From Amoebidium appalachense (Eukaryota; Protista; Ichthyosporea): DNA of 64,000 bases. Below, in pieces: positions 48,893 through 63,006 of this stretch (position 1 is the stretch's first letter; each line of letters starts with the position of its first letter). The stretch is from contig CAVNZM010000015.1 of the NCBI GenBank assembly GCA_963693365.1, positions 2,852,001 to 2,916,000 of the forward strand. Reading direction: 5' to 3'. Below the pieces are notes generated by a model, which did no database searches, was not told the DNA's origin, and saw only the letters and a list, made by a program, of their open reading frames with translations. The position numbers and the translations under genes were made by a program.

Positions 48893-49633
48893 TGCAGACC
48901 TTGAAGAAGAGTCTTGTACTACGTCACACTGCTCTCCACAAGTACTACAACTTCTGTCTAGTGAAAACTGACAGCATTGACCCGTGCAGCGCCGTTTTAT
49001 ATGACTTTATCGGTAAATCTAGCGACCGAAATTTGGAATTTGCAGAAATGCGGACGTAAACCCTCAGAGCTTGTGTTGATTGTGCACGGCCCGCCTTACA
49101 AAAAATAAATAAGTACAGCTGGATAACTTTTCAAAACCTTGCTACTGAGTCGTGCCTTACAGGTGCATGAGCATGCAAGCGGCACACGGACCCCATGGAG
49201 CCAATGGATGGCTGCGTGCGCCGCTCATGCGACCTGGGTCCGTGAGCGTGCGTTCGGCGCATGATCCGCTAATTTTGTCCTACGAAGACAGTTCTGAATT
49301 AGATTACTTATACCCCTTTTCTAAGTGTGAGTAAAGAACTTCAGATATGGTTTCTAGATATTTTTAAAAAGAAAGTGCGCAAGGAGGCGCACCACGTACG
49401 ATCTTAGAGAATGCATACCGATACACATTTTTCTGCAACCTAGATCATAAAATTTCAAAACAATTTCAAAACTTCATCGACGCGACACCTTTATTACATG
49501 ATACACACTGATACTGATACAGCATCTGAGCTATTACACTGGGATATACTAATATATCCAAAATACGAACTTCTTCCTAAGTACTTGGGGGCGCTCTATA
49601 GTATTAGTATTGAAGTATTGATATATACATACT

Positions 49634-49676
<43 letters not shown>

Positions 49677-49830
49677 ATATGTTCATTCATGCGATTCAAT
49701 GCACCGTTGGTCCAGAAAGAGATGCTAATATTAAATTTGTAACAAAAACGCCTACGAAGGACCGGGGGGGGGGGGGGGGGGAGGAGAGGGAGGGAGGGGG
49801 GAGGGAGGGAGGGAGGGAGGGAGGGAGGGG

Positions 49831-49867
<37 letters not shown>

Positions 49868-50061
49868 CGAGAGAGATATAGAGAGCGAGAAGGGGGGGGG
49901 GGGGGGGGGGGAAGGAAGAGAGAGAGAGTGCTGAGAGAGATAGAGAGAAAGAGAGAGAGACAGAGTGCTGAGAGAGAGAGAGAGAGGGGGGGGGGGGGGG
50001 GGGGGGAGGGAGGGAGGGAGGGAGGGAGGGAGGGAGGGAGGGAGGGAGGGAGGGAGGGAGG

Positions 50062-50119
<58 letters not shown>

Positions 50120-50186
50120 TTACAGAGGAAGACAGGGAGAAATGCCGGAAAACCTCTGAAACAACAGAATCGGATACAATTGATTA

Positions 50187-50377
50187 TCACATAGCCACCG
50201 AGCCATCCCTCCTTGCCTCTAGTAGATATTCGACAAATTGGATAGCCTGCTGGGTGGCTTCGAGACTTTCCTTGGGCCCAAGATGAACCGGCGGCTGGTA
50301 TAGGCTGGGTGTGGTCACCACCGCTGTGTGTGTGTGTGTGTGTGAATGTGTGTGTGAGTGTGAGTGTGTGAATGTGA

Positions 50378-50443
<66 letters not shown>

Positions 50444-50472
50444 TGTGAGTGAGTGTGAGTGTGTGAATGTGA

Positions 50473-50545
<73 letters not shown>

Positions 50546-50610
50546 GTGTATGTTGTGGGGCCGTGGTGCATGTGTACACAGCATTGATGTATGGGTACAA
50601 GTGTGCGTAA

Positions 50611-50689
<79 letters not shown>

Positions 50690-50901
50690 TGAGCGAGTGT
50701 GTGTGTATGTGAGTGAGCGAGCGAGCAAGTGAGTGAGTGAGTGAGTGAGTGAGTGAGTGAGTGAGTGAGTGAGTGAGTGAGTCCATGTCAGATCCACGTG
50801 TGTGTGCACACCCGGTGTAGGAGTGCACACAATCGTTTTAGTGCCTGTATGCACCCGCACACCCACATCTACACTCATGAGCCAAAGCATCCATCCATGC
50901 C

Positions 50902-50937
<36 letters not shown>

Positions 50938-51043
50938 CACACGCACGCACACGCACACGCACACGCACACGCACACGCACACGCACACGCACACGCACAC
51001 GCACACGCACACGCACACGCACACGCACACGCACACGCACATG

Positions 51044-51116
<73 letters not shown>

Positions 51117-51423
51117 GGCCTCCGTCATGCCACAGTGTACTTATACGTACACACACCCACACATGACAACCCCCCCCCCCCCCCCCCAGCCAAAAAAAAA
51201 AAACGCCCACACACCCACACCCACACATCATAAGCAAATGTAGGCACGAACCCCCATAACACACCTCGTTGGACTCAAAAAGCCCAAGGGAGCACTAGGG
51301 ATGGAGTGCATGCGAATACAACGCCCGGCCACCAATTACTCTGGGTCCAAAAACTCGAAGTGCAACCAGTTACCCTGTGCAACAACTCAAACAAACACCA
51401 GCACTTATCCGATATCTAGCTAA

Positions 51424-51488
<65 letters not shown>

Positions 51489-52032
51489 GACACCCACACC
51501 CACACACACTCACACACACTCACACACACACTCTTCCCCAATGCATGAAATCAAATAACACCACCCAGCATCCAATCAATCAAACACACATATACCACAC
51601 ATCTAATCATTCAAGCAAACACACACCACACCTAATATCTCAAACAACACACACCCACCGCTTACCCAATACAAAATCAATTCAACACACATCACCGCCA
51701 AGCCTTGACCAATGCACGTAATTACAAACACACAAAACATAAACACACACACCACTTACCCAGCTTCTTATGCGTAGTTTTGTTGTGCACCCCATTATCC
51801 GAAACTGAAAGAAGCACCGTTAGAAACCACAGGGCCACCCCTCTTTCCGGGCCCTGCACGTTTTGGTTGAAGGCCAAAATGGCATCCGATTTGCCTTTGA
51901 CTTTTTGTATCGCCTCAAGGGGTACTCGTTGGAGAAGAGGTTGGGGAAGGCTGCGGAAAAATTGCTGTGTGTATGTGTGTGTGTAGGGGAGGGGGGAGGG
52001 GTGGGGAGGGGAAGGGGGGAGGGGAAGGCTTG

Positions 52033-52082
<50 letters not shown>

Positions 52083-52104
52083 GGGGGGAAGGGGGGTGTG
52101 GTGT

Positions 52105-52135
<31 letters not shown>

Positions 52136-52245
52136 GGAGGTGGGGGAGGGCGGTGTGAGGGTTTTTTTGTGTGTGTGTGTGGATGTGTCGTCTCTCTCTC
52201 TCACTCACGCACGCACGCACGCACGCGCACACACACACACACACA

Positions 52246-52279
<34 letters not shown>

Positions 52280-52348
52280 CTGTGTGTGTGTCTGTGTCGT
52301 GTTTTAGGGAAATGGGTGGATGGGACGGGTGGCAGTGGCGGTGGCCGT

Positions 52349-52380
<32 letters not shown>

Positions 52381-52526
52381 GGACGGTGTGTGTGTGTGTA
52401 TGTGTGCGTGTGTAGTTATGTGCGTGTGCTTATTTGCGTGTGTGTGTAATGTGTGCGGGTATATTTGTGTGTGTATTTGTGTGTGTGTATGTGTGTATGT
52501 GTGTGTGTGTGTGTGTGGGTGGGTGG

Positions 52527-52557
<31 letters not shown>

Positions 52558-53806
52558 CGTTTTTCGGGGATGGGGGGGGGTGGGGGGAGGGGGGGGGTGT
52601 CTGTGTATTTGAGGGCGGGGGAAGGGGGTTTTGAATGCGTCAAAAAGTACGAAGTACACAAGAACAAACGGATAACACGATGCAGAATGCAAGCCATACA
52701 TAAAGAGTATGCATAATAAGCAGAGCCCATCCTCAGGGGGGGCCCACGTCATCCACAGTACCCGAGTTTCGACCTATTCCCCTCGTTAACGAAACCCAAC
52801 TCAGATACTGTTTCACTTGAACATGAGTAGGTCACCCGTCTTGATCAGAGACGAGCAGGGTTGCTTATGCAGGCAAGGGGCGGGGGGAGGGAGGGGGGAA
52901 GGGGCACACCTTTAACACGGTTGCCACTGCCACACCATCAGCAGCTTCTATTGGCTCATTGTAGCACACCCTCTTACGTATCAGACGCACTACACGGCCG
53001 TCACCAGTCTCTCGGAATATCCCCTCGTCTTTAATCCTGCAATGTGATTGGTCAGGTGGGAGTGAATGCAAAGCAGAAGTGAACCAATCATAGGTAGTGA
53101 TGAATGAGAGAAGTAGACTGAACGGTTTAACGGCACTGGAGTGTGCACTCGATTTTAATGCTGCGATACGATTGGTTAGGTGAGTCTGAATGCAACACAG
53201 AACTGAACCAATCACTGTGGTAATGAGTAAGAAAGGGGAAACTGATTGGACCTCATTGTCTCATAGAGTTATGCGATCGTATTTAATACTGCAGAGGTGT
53301 GGTGGTGTCGGGATGGGATAAAACGAATAGGGTGAGAGTTCAACGAACACAGGCAACCACACACACACACGCACACGCATACAGACCCCCCCCCCCCCCC
53401 CCCCCCCCACACGCACACCCACCCACCCACATCCACACAGGCACCCCCCTCCACCCACGCATACACCAGCACACACACACATGCACACACACCCTTTTTC
53501 CAGTAGTAGTCTCAACCGTTTAAGCACCGCCGGTACGGTGTAACCCCAGTCTAGCTCCATCTGCATCTGTGTGCGCGGGGTTAAACTGTGTAGATGTAAA
53601 TACCACCTATGTGGTTAACACATACATTCTAAGGTGGTTACAAAAAATACGAAAATAATTAGTAAAAAATATAACTAATATGATAAATAAACGACAAATA
53701 CAAATTGGATGGATGGCTATGTATTGGTTATTTATAACCAACTTAGACCTTAGAGCCGTGATTTGGGGGACAGCAGCATGTATTCTGCAGGCATGCGTGT
53801 TTGTGT

Positions 53807-53854
<48 letters not shown>

Positions 53855-55268
53855 CGCGTGTGTGTGCGCACGCGCGCGCCTGTGTAAGTGTGTGTGCTGG
53901 ATTGGGTTGGATACGCGGATTTGGGACTGGTATAACTTTTGTGCACATCTGTATGTGTGTTGGTGTTTGTATGTGTGTTCCCGTGTGAGTGTTCCTGTGT
54001 GTGTGTGTGTGTGTATTGGGGGGAGGAAAGGGGGGTGGGGTTGTCGTTGCTCACTTCAGGGGCAGTCAGGGGCAGACCGAAGAGAGCCTTTTCAGTCTTG
54101 GCGCTGACAACAAAAAAGTGATCCAGACCATCTGATTGGTCACACGGTAGCCAATCAGAACTTGTTGTCCGTGTGTGCACGTGATATGGGGATTGGACCC
54201 TTCGAGTAGATGGGAATGCAAGATCATGTCACAGAGGTTTATCAGATGAGATAAAATGGTGTGTGTGTGCATGTGTGTGTGCATGTACGTGTGCTCTCCC
54301 GTGTGCATGTGCACGTGCGCGTGCGCGGATGTGTGTGTGTGTGTGTGTGGGGCGGGGGCAGGCAGACGGGCAGGCGGGCCGGGGAGGGTGGGGATGGGGG
54401 GGGGGGGGGGGGGAGGAGTATGCGTGGGTGGAGAAGGGGGGGAGGAGGAGGAGGAGAGGTGGTATAAAGGCCAGCGATCTGCTACAAAAACGCGTACAGG
54501 TAAAGTAATCCATTGAATTAGTTGTGCAATATCATGAAAAGTTGAACAAACGTACTTGGTGCAAGCAGGGGCTGGGTGTGTGGTATTCAGGTGACTGGGT
54601 GTGATTAAGAGTGCCAGCAAGCGCTGGTGCGTGTTAGAGTCTTCTCTCTTGCGGTCTCTCTCTCCCCCCCCCCCCCTCACCCCGCCCCCCCCTCTTGGTG
54701 TGTCTGTGTGCGCGCGCACGTGTGTGTCGTGTGTCTCTCTTTCCCTTATCCCTGCCCGATCCCCTCTCCTCCCCCATCCCCCCCCCCCCCCACCACCACC
54801 CCTCCCCACCACCCCCCCCACACCCCCGCGTTCCCCCCTCCTTCTCTCTCTCTCTCTTTGTGTGTGTGTGTGGCGCGCGCATGTGTATGCATGCGTGTGT
54901 GTGTGCATGTCTGGCCACGTACTCTCGACCACCATGTGATAGACACATGCCACCTGGCAGGGGCTCAAACACTTGAGCTTAAACGTCACCACATTGCTGA
55001 CGGCCCCACCGGGTTTGCCCTGCATTGCCTGATATGGTAAGTGTGCATACACAGCCTTGCCTGATATGGTAAGTGCGCATACACAGCATTGCCTGAGATG
55101 GTAAGTGCGTATCCAGCATTGCCTGATATGGTGTGCATACAGCACTCCTTAATATCGTAAGAACTCATCCGGCATTGCTTTAAATGGCAAGTACTCACCT
55201 AGGGTTGCCTTTTATAGTAAGAGCCCAGCCGAATCAAAGATGTACAAAAGCTGAATGTAGAAAAACAG

Positions 55269-55302
<34 letters not shown>

Positions 55303-55734
55303 TTTAACCACAAAAACAAAGCACCGGGCCAAGAGGCACCTTTTTGAAGATGCGATCATACCCGCATGCCTTTGTGAACATATGATTACACCCACACACC
55401 TTAATCGTGTGTATTGACCAATATTCCACCCCCCCCCCCCCTCCCCCTTTAAAACATGTTTCAATAGCTTTAATACATAATTGAACAATACACCCACCTT
55501 TGTGAACATGTTTCCCTTCTCAGCAGCTTTCAACACATCAGTCTCTGGATCCACAGTCAGTTCATACTCGGCCGATGAACTGTTTGGAACGAGCCGGCGT
55601 AGCTCAAATTTCACGAGGTTTTTGCCTGAAGGGAAAATAGTATTAGTTATGGTTCTAAAAAGGAGGTGGGGGAGGGAGGAAGGGGGAGGGGAGGGGGTGG
55701 ATACAAAAATGCTCGAGGGTGATGGTGGCGGTAG

Positions 55735-55807
<73 letters not shown>

Positions 55808-55889
55808 CAGTGTGCACGTGTTTTTTTGTCCCCCCTTCTTCTTTGTCGTTCTTTCTGGTGGTAGTGGTGGTGGTTGGTTTTTTTTTTTT

Positions 55890-55920
<31 letters not shown>

Positions 55921-56381
55921 GGTTTGGTTGGTTGGTTGGTTGGTTTTAGAAGCAACAGAAACGAAACAGTGGAATATACAATATTATTTGAGTGGAGCAG
56001 CGGACCACTCAAGGACACGTCCCTGCTCACCAACCCCTTAAGTCAACTTCCCTCCCCCTCCGCCCCCCCCCATCCCCCCCCCCCCTCCGCGCCTTCAAAA
56101 AAAATTAACAATAATAAAAACCCAGTTCATACCCTAAACGGCATTAAAAAAGAAGGTTGGTTGGTTAACTTCTAAGAGAAACAAACAAGTAAGTCCTCAC
56201 CCACACAGCACCACCACACATCTCCCTCCCCGTCTCCCCTTGAAGCACACCATGCCCCCCCCCCCCCCCCCCCCCCCCCCAACACACACACAGGTGCATA
56301 CTCGCTCCCCTACGGCTTCACGCTTGTATTTCATAGTAACGGAATGCCTTACCCCCCCCCCCCCCCCCCCCCCCCCCCCCG

Positions 56382-56464
<83 letters not shown>

Positions 56465-56719
56465 ACACCCACACACACACACACGAACTCTTTCTTTCCT
56501 ACCCAGCACAGCTAAAGGGCAAGTATGCTCCTTTATATGTAGGTGCTGTTTGTAAAATCAAATTGTGCACTCACCGGGATTTGAAAGTACGACGGTGTCT
56601 GTTACTAAATCGTTAATTGGGATCAACCCGTCGATACAGTCGTTGCTGAAAGAGACCGTGTGCCTGGACACCTGTGTGTGTGTGTGTGTGTGTACGTGTG
56701 TACGCGCACGCGCGCGTGT

Positions 56720-56764
<45 letters not shown>

Positions 56765-57293
56765 GTGTGTGTGTGTGTGTGTGTGTGTGTGGGCGTGTGT
56801 GTGTGCGTGCGTGCATGCATGTTTGTGCATGTGCACGTGTCTGTTTTTTGGGGAATTTCTTTTTTCCGCCTTTTTTTTTCTTTTTTTTTTTTGCGGGGGG
56901 GGGGGGGAGGGGGGGGGGGGGGGGGGCAGAAGAAGCAGGACGAGAGGGGGAAGAAGGGGAAGAGGGGACGGGGGAGGGGGGTTTAACCACGTTTTCGAGT
57001 ATCATACAAAGTACATATATATGGCGGACAGCACAATGCTGAGTGCACAGCTCACATAAAGGGCACGCATCATAAGGAAAATACATCCTCAAGGGGGGCT
57101 CAAGTCTACCACGGGGGGGGGGGGGGGGGGGGAGGGGGGCTTGATTACGCTCGTTCTGTTCTTTGGGGTCAGAGGCTGTTATGGGCGTGAGAATGAATGT
57201 GTTGTGTGTGTGTGTGTGTGTGCCTTTGCAGAGATGTTGAAGGCTTTGAATGGGGTGATTTGGGGTGGTGTGTGTGTGTGCGTGTGTGTTTGG

Positions 57294-57333
<40 letters not shown>

Positions 57334-57462
57334 GGTTTCTTGGCAGTGTGTAGACTGCAAAAGGTTCATAAATGAGACCTACCTCACACTGAGTTGGCTT
57401 GGATTTAAACATGGCTTTGGAGCTCGATTGCGCCTCTGGGTGATGGGGAAAAAGGCAGAGGG

Positions 57463-57493
<31 letters not shown>

Positions 57494-57792
57494 AAGAAAA
57501 AAAAAAAGAAAAAGAAAAGAAAGAAAAGATAAGAAAGAGAGAAAAAGAAAGAAAGAAAGAAAGAAAGAAATCAGAAACAAAGAAAAAGAAAGGAAAACAA
57601 AAAAGAACAATAAAAAGGGTAGGAAAAAAATGGAAGGGGAGCAAAGAAAGGGAGAAACGAGAGAGGAGGGATGGGAATAAAGGGGGAAGGAAAATATTGA
57701 AGTCAATGAGGTTGATCAAACCAAGGGTGGAAGGAGGAAAAGGGGGTAGCAGGGCTCGGAACGTGAGTGTGGGTGTGAGTGTGTGTGTGAGT

Positions 57793-57861
<69 letters not shown>

Positions 57862-59915
57862 CGTGTGTGTCTTTGTGTGTGTGTGTGTGTGCGTGCTCGC
57901 GCGCCTGGAAGCTGGGAAGGGGATTTTTCAAGAATCTACTCGATGGGCTGGTGAAATTTTGAAAAAAAATTGTGGAGGGCAGATAAAAACCCCGCAAAAC
58001 AAAGACCCCAATAAAATCTCAGGGGCAGACAGAAGATACAAGGGGCCTTAAATGAGGGAGGGGTTGACGGGGGAGGGGGGGGGGGGGTTGAATGCGCCTA
58101 CAACAACCACCGAGTTTCATTATTGAACAATTGCCATCCAAGATTTCCAAAAGTAGGCAGGAAGCATCCCAGCATTGTTATACGGTTTAGTGGGTCAGCC
58201 CTAATTTTTATTAATTTATTTATTTATCTATTATGGGGGTAGGGGGAAGGGGGAAGGGGGTAGGGGAGAAGGGGGAGGGATGGGGAAGGTTGCACACATG
58301 CTTACTTTGCAGTAGGTGGTTGTGAGCCCTCTCATGCAAGGCCTCGAGGGAGGATGGTTTGAGGGCTAGGAGACCATCACTGAGTGTTAGGCGGTCACGG
58401 TCTGAGAGATGGTCCTTGGAGAGCCTGGGTGGGTGAGGTGTTAGAAAGTGACCAAGAGAAGGCAACGAAGAAAAAAAAGAGAAAAGAAAGGAAAAGAAAA
58501 GAAAGAAAAAAAAAGGCTGGGGGGTGGGGGTGGTGTGGGGGGGCACGGCAAAGAGCAAAGGTAAAAGAGATCAGAATGTGTACTACGACAATCATAGCGT
58601 ATACATGAACGAATGTAAGAACAGAAACATACACGAACGCAGGTATGCGCACATGCACAGAAACACACATGAAGGGGGAGGGGGGAGGGAGAGAAGGAGG
58701 GAGGGAGAGAGGGGGAGAGAGAGAGGGAGGGAGAAAGGTACTAATGATGATGCATGCATCCCTCACATCCCCACTCTCACCCCCTCCTGCTCGCACGTGC
58801 GTACGATCACACCTATACATGACCGTGCATACTCACATATAAGAGGGTAGAGACAGTGGGAAGGGGGGAGGGGGGGGGGGGGGGGGGGGGGGGAGGGGGG
58901 GAGAGAGGGAGGGAGGGAGGGAGAGAGGGAGGGAGCAAGAGAGGGAGAAAGACGGGAGAAGAGAGAGTCAGAACTGAAGCAAAATATAAAGTAGGGGGCA
59001 AAAAGGTAATGAAAACTAGCTTTAGGGACGAGACACACACGTACACACACCTGAGAATAAGGCTCACTAATGTTTCCTCCGAAGTCTCCCCCTCTAGCCC
59101 TGCCCCCTCCTGCCCACTTTTCCTCCCGTTGCTAACCGTGCCCGTGCTGCTTGCGCGTCGCCTGGGGGGTTCCATTGTCATAGTCAAGCATGCTTTGGGG
59201 GGTTCTATTCTCAGAAGCAAGCAGAATCGGAGCTGCATTATTATGTTATATATAAAATAGCATTTTGCGGGGTTCCATTCTCAGACAGGCAAAATTGCGG
59301 CTGAAAACAAGCAGTGTGGTGGTTCCATTCTCAGAAGCAAACAAAATTCCTGAGTTCCATTGTCATAAATAGGTGTAATAAGTATGGCAGGTATGAAAAC
59401 ATAATCATTCACGAACCATGACCAGAAAAAAAGCATTCCTCCCCCCCCCCCCCCCCCCCCCCTTGTCCGGGTCGTTCCCCACCACCACCACAAAACAGCA
59501 CAACTTAAACTTAGCAACCCACCCACCCCCCTCTTCAAGCCCAGCCCCCCCTCCCCCATTCCCCGCCCCCCCCCCTCCCCCCATTCCCCGCCCCCCCCCC
59601 CCCCCCCCCCCCCAACAAAAAAAAAAAAAAAAAAAAACTGCCCCATCTCCTCCCTCCATGCGAGGGTCCATAAATGCAAAACAGCCACCAACTTTGCCAC
59701 ATTCTTGCTTGCACATTCCACAGCACATTCCTCAGAGCATACCGATCTGTGGGTGGTACCAATGGCAGGCTGCATGTGGATGATGCCAGTTCAGGCACTG
59801 AGCTTGCATCCCTCAGACCGGGGGGAAGAGGAAACAGTTGGAGTAACTCATCGATGGAAAGACCATCGTACCTGCTAGTGTCTGAGAAAGACGTGCTCGA
59901 GTGTTGCCCTGTGTA

Positions 59916-59975
<60 letters not shown>

Positions 59976-60393
59976 GGAGGGGAGGGTGCGGGCGGGCTGG
60001 GGCGGGGGGGGGGGGGGGGGGGGGGTATGTGGGTGTGTGTAGCGGTGGGGGGAGATTTTTTTTTTTTTTTTTTTGGGGGGGGGGGGCGGGGGGTATGTGA
60101 GTGAGTGTTTGGGGAGACCGGGGTGTAGGTGTGTGTGTGTGTGTGTGTGTGAACGTGTGTGTATATGTATGTTTTGCGTGTGTCTCTCTCTCTGTGTGCT
60201 TTTGTATCCCGGGTGTAGGTGTGTGTGTGTGTGGTGAACGTGTGTGAATATGTATGTATGGCAGAGGAGGAAAGGTTGATGATGGCATATCAAGGAGTTC
60301 CCCCTCCGCCCCCCCCCTCCCCCCCCCACCCCCCCCTCCCCCACCCCACCCACACACACATGCACACATGGACACACACACACACCCACGCAC

Positions 60394-60447
<54 letters not shown>

Positions 60448-60822
60448 AGACACACACAAACACACACACGCGCGCGCAAAAAAACAGCAACAAAAAAAAC
60501 ACATACACAGACGTGCGCGCACACACACAGACAGCCACCGTCTAACCACCAACACCACCACCACCTCTATATTCTTATTTGTCGAATCAAGCAAGAAACA
60601 CAGAGGGGGGCCGGGTTAAAAAGGCAAGCTCCTTGCTTTTCTTCATCCCTTCCCAGTTTTTTTCCTTCATTCGTTCTTTGTTTCTGTTCTCTTTCCTTCT
60701 TATGCTTTATTTCTTCCCTGCCCCCCCTCTCTCCCTCCCCCCCCCCCCCCCCCCCCCCCCCTTTCTTTTTCTTCTTCTTCTTCTTGCTTTTCTTTTTATT
60801 TTCCTTTTTTTCTTTCTTTCTT

Positions 60823-60854
<32 letters not shown>

Positions 60855-61723
60855 TTTTTTGGGGGGGGGGGGGGGGGGCAACAGGGTCAGCCAACGTCTG
60901 GACTTCAACGATCTTCTCTCTTGCCCCAACACACCAACACACCCACACAGAGACACAGACACAGGCAGACACACACGCACGCGCGCGCGCACACGCACAC
61001 ACGCACGCACATACACACACCTCAGACACCCAGAAAGCAAAGATAAAGTGTAAGAGTAGAAAAAGACGTGAATAGGGGACTTCTCTGAGGCCGGGAAGCA
61101 GACGGGAAAGAGAGACAGACAGACAGAGAGAGAGCGGCGGGGGGGGGGGGGGGGGGGGGGGGAGAGGGGGGGGGGGGAGAGAAAGAGAGAGAGAGAGAGA
61201 GAGAATGTGTGTTTGTGTGTGTGTGTGTCGTGTGTTTGTGTGTGTGGGCGTATGTCTATGTGTGTAGGAGGGAAAGAGTGGGTCAGAGGCAGACAGAGAG
61301 AGAAAGAAGAAGAGGAAGCAAACGAAGGAAGGGGGCGGGGCGGGCGGGGGGGGGGGGGGGGGGGGGTTTAGAATGATTCAATCTCGTATCAGAAGTCCAA
61401 GGGAAAATCTGGAGAAGGGTGATGGAGTGGGGGGCGGCAAAAAATGACAGACAAACAGAGAGAAAGAAAGAGGAAGAAGGCGGGGTGGTGGTGGTTGGGG
61501 GGAGAGGGGGCGGGGGTGGGGAGTGGGGGGGAAGGGGGGGGGGGGGGGGGGGGGGGGCGAGGATTGGGTTGTGGTTATTGGGAAGGTGTTTTGGGTGGGG
61601 AGAGAAAGATAAGAGGAGAGTATGTGTCTGTGTCTGTGTCTGTGTCTGTTTCTGTGTCTGTGTGGGTGTGCAAAGTAGCTTTTGCTTACCGGATGTCAAG
61701 GACAAGGTAGCAGTAGAATCCAT
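50187..61723 (-). CDS. RhoGAP protein with an upstream Ig-like (ASH/MSP-type) beta domain (~474 aa, 13 exons)
   Basis: Exons 61723-61690, 59908-59743, 59161-59051, 58424-58306, 57435-57383, 56671-56575, 55625-55498, 55019-54923, 54131-54055, 53566-53493, 53036-52910, 51964-51760 and 50323-50187 total 1425 nt and are phase-consistent. Motifs: FGLPL...VPAVL...EGIFRETG (Arg finger)...[13 protein letters not shown]...[16 protein letters not shown]. The N-terminal exons are less certain. Confidence 0.85.
52630..52878 (-). mobile_element. 5'-truncated young retroposon copy (~250 bp) in a RhoGAP intron
   Basis: Essentially identical to 38882-39130; G-rich flanks. Confidence 0.92.
55022..55148. repeat. 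~32-bp tandem repeat x ~4 abutting a RhoGAP splice acceptor
   Basis: GCATTGCCTGATATGGTAAGTG(T/C)GCATACACA units at ~55022, 55054, 55086 and 55117. Confidence 0.85.
56982..57112 (-). mobile_element. Highly diverged retroposon 3'-end copy
   Basis: Between G-runs; AAAGTACA...ACATAAAGGGCACGCATCATAAG...CATCCTCAAGGGGGGC is collinear with the family. Confidence 0.6.
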
Positions 61724-62635
61724 TCCTCATAACACGAAAGAATACTCCGAAGCTCATAAACGGTGTATCGTTATGTCAATAACTTGTATAAGGTGGCTAT
61801 TATGAAACCAAGTCTTCTTGTCTTTGAGCTCGTATTGCTCCTAAACTGGATCACGGATCCCTAGGTGTTCTGCAGATTAGAGCAAGCAGATCTATTATAT
61901 CCCAGCCTCCACCTTCCGGGGGTTAAAAAAAAAAGAACAAATTTTGCCGAGAAAAAGCGAACGTAGGCCAACTAATATCCGCCACGTTTGGACTGTTGTT
62001 GTACTAAAACTAAATTGACCGACACAGCTAAGATGAGAGGCATCAACCGGCAGAGTTGGCGGACAGTGCAAAGCTCAATTTGGTAGATCTATGCTTGGAA
62101 CGGGTGCTTGTCGTGAAGAAAAGAGTACTTGTATATAATTGACAAGGGGTTATTATGCCTTATAACTCAGTAAAGTCTTGCTCAATTTGATATAGGTTCC
62201 ACTCATGACTCCACACAAGTAATTATACAGTCACAAACACTGTGCAAAAGAGGAAAAGAGGTTAGCCAGCTAAAAAGGGAACGCAAACGCCGTAACGGTA
62301 ACGGTCAAAATTTGAAGAATTTTCAAATATTCAAAAACACCGTAACTTTTGAAAACTTTGATCACCATAATTTGCATTTGGAAAAGAAACATTCACCTTA
62401 TTGGCGATCATGAGCCCCAGCAATTTATAAAGCTGAGTGTCTCCTCCTAGCGACCAAAAAGGCGCGTAGGCTGTGTTTGCGACATCGGCGCACATGACAG
62501 CGAGAAGGGGAAGCTCAGAATTTTTCTTTGCCAGCAGTGAATTGATATGAAATTGAATGCAGGGAGACAAGAGGAGAGGAAAAGAGAGAGGATCCGCGGT
62601 TTCTGTGCTGCCGCTGCATAGGCAGTTGCGTTAAG

Positions 62636-62961
62636 ATGGGTCCAAAGAAGCCCGCAGTGGTGCGCCCCAGGGTGTTCCTGGACGTTGGGTGGGTGTGGTG
62701 CTGCCTGTTAATGTGGCGTGTGTTTTGTGTGTGAGTGCGTGCGTATGGGGGGAGTGGAGGAGGAGGAAGGGGGGGGGGGGGGATGGAGGGGGGGATAGGG
62801 GTATATATATATTATGTATGGGGGGGGCATGCGGATCATGCGCGTGCGTGCATGCGTGCGTAGCTGCATGCGTACACGCAGGCGGACGGGCGTGCGTGTG
62901 TGCGGGCGTGTGTGCTTGTGTGTGTGTGTGTGTGCGTGTGCGTGTTTGTGTGTGCGTGTGT

Positions 62962-63006
<45 letters not shown>

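Noticed and set aside
51266-51374. AG/GT-bounded exon-like island suggesting TAA read-through
   Set aside because: It has stops in all frames, and the flanking exons join correctly without it (KKL|AVVTTPSL). TAA is a normal stop in A1/A2, so there is no evidence of recoding.
55199-55250. Exon-like segment with a strong GTGAGT donor in a RhoGAP intron
   Set aside because: It has stops in all three frames and its neighbours are phase-compatible without it; at most a poison exon.
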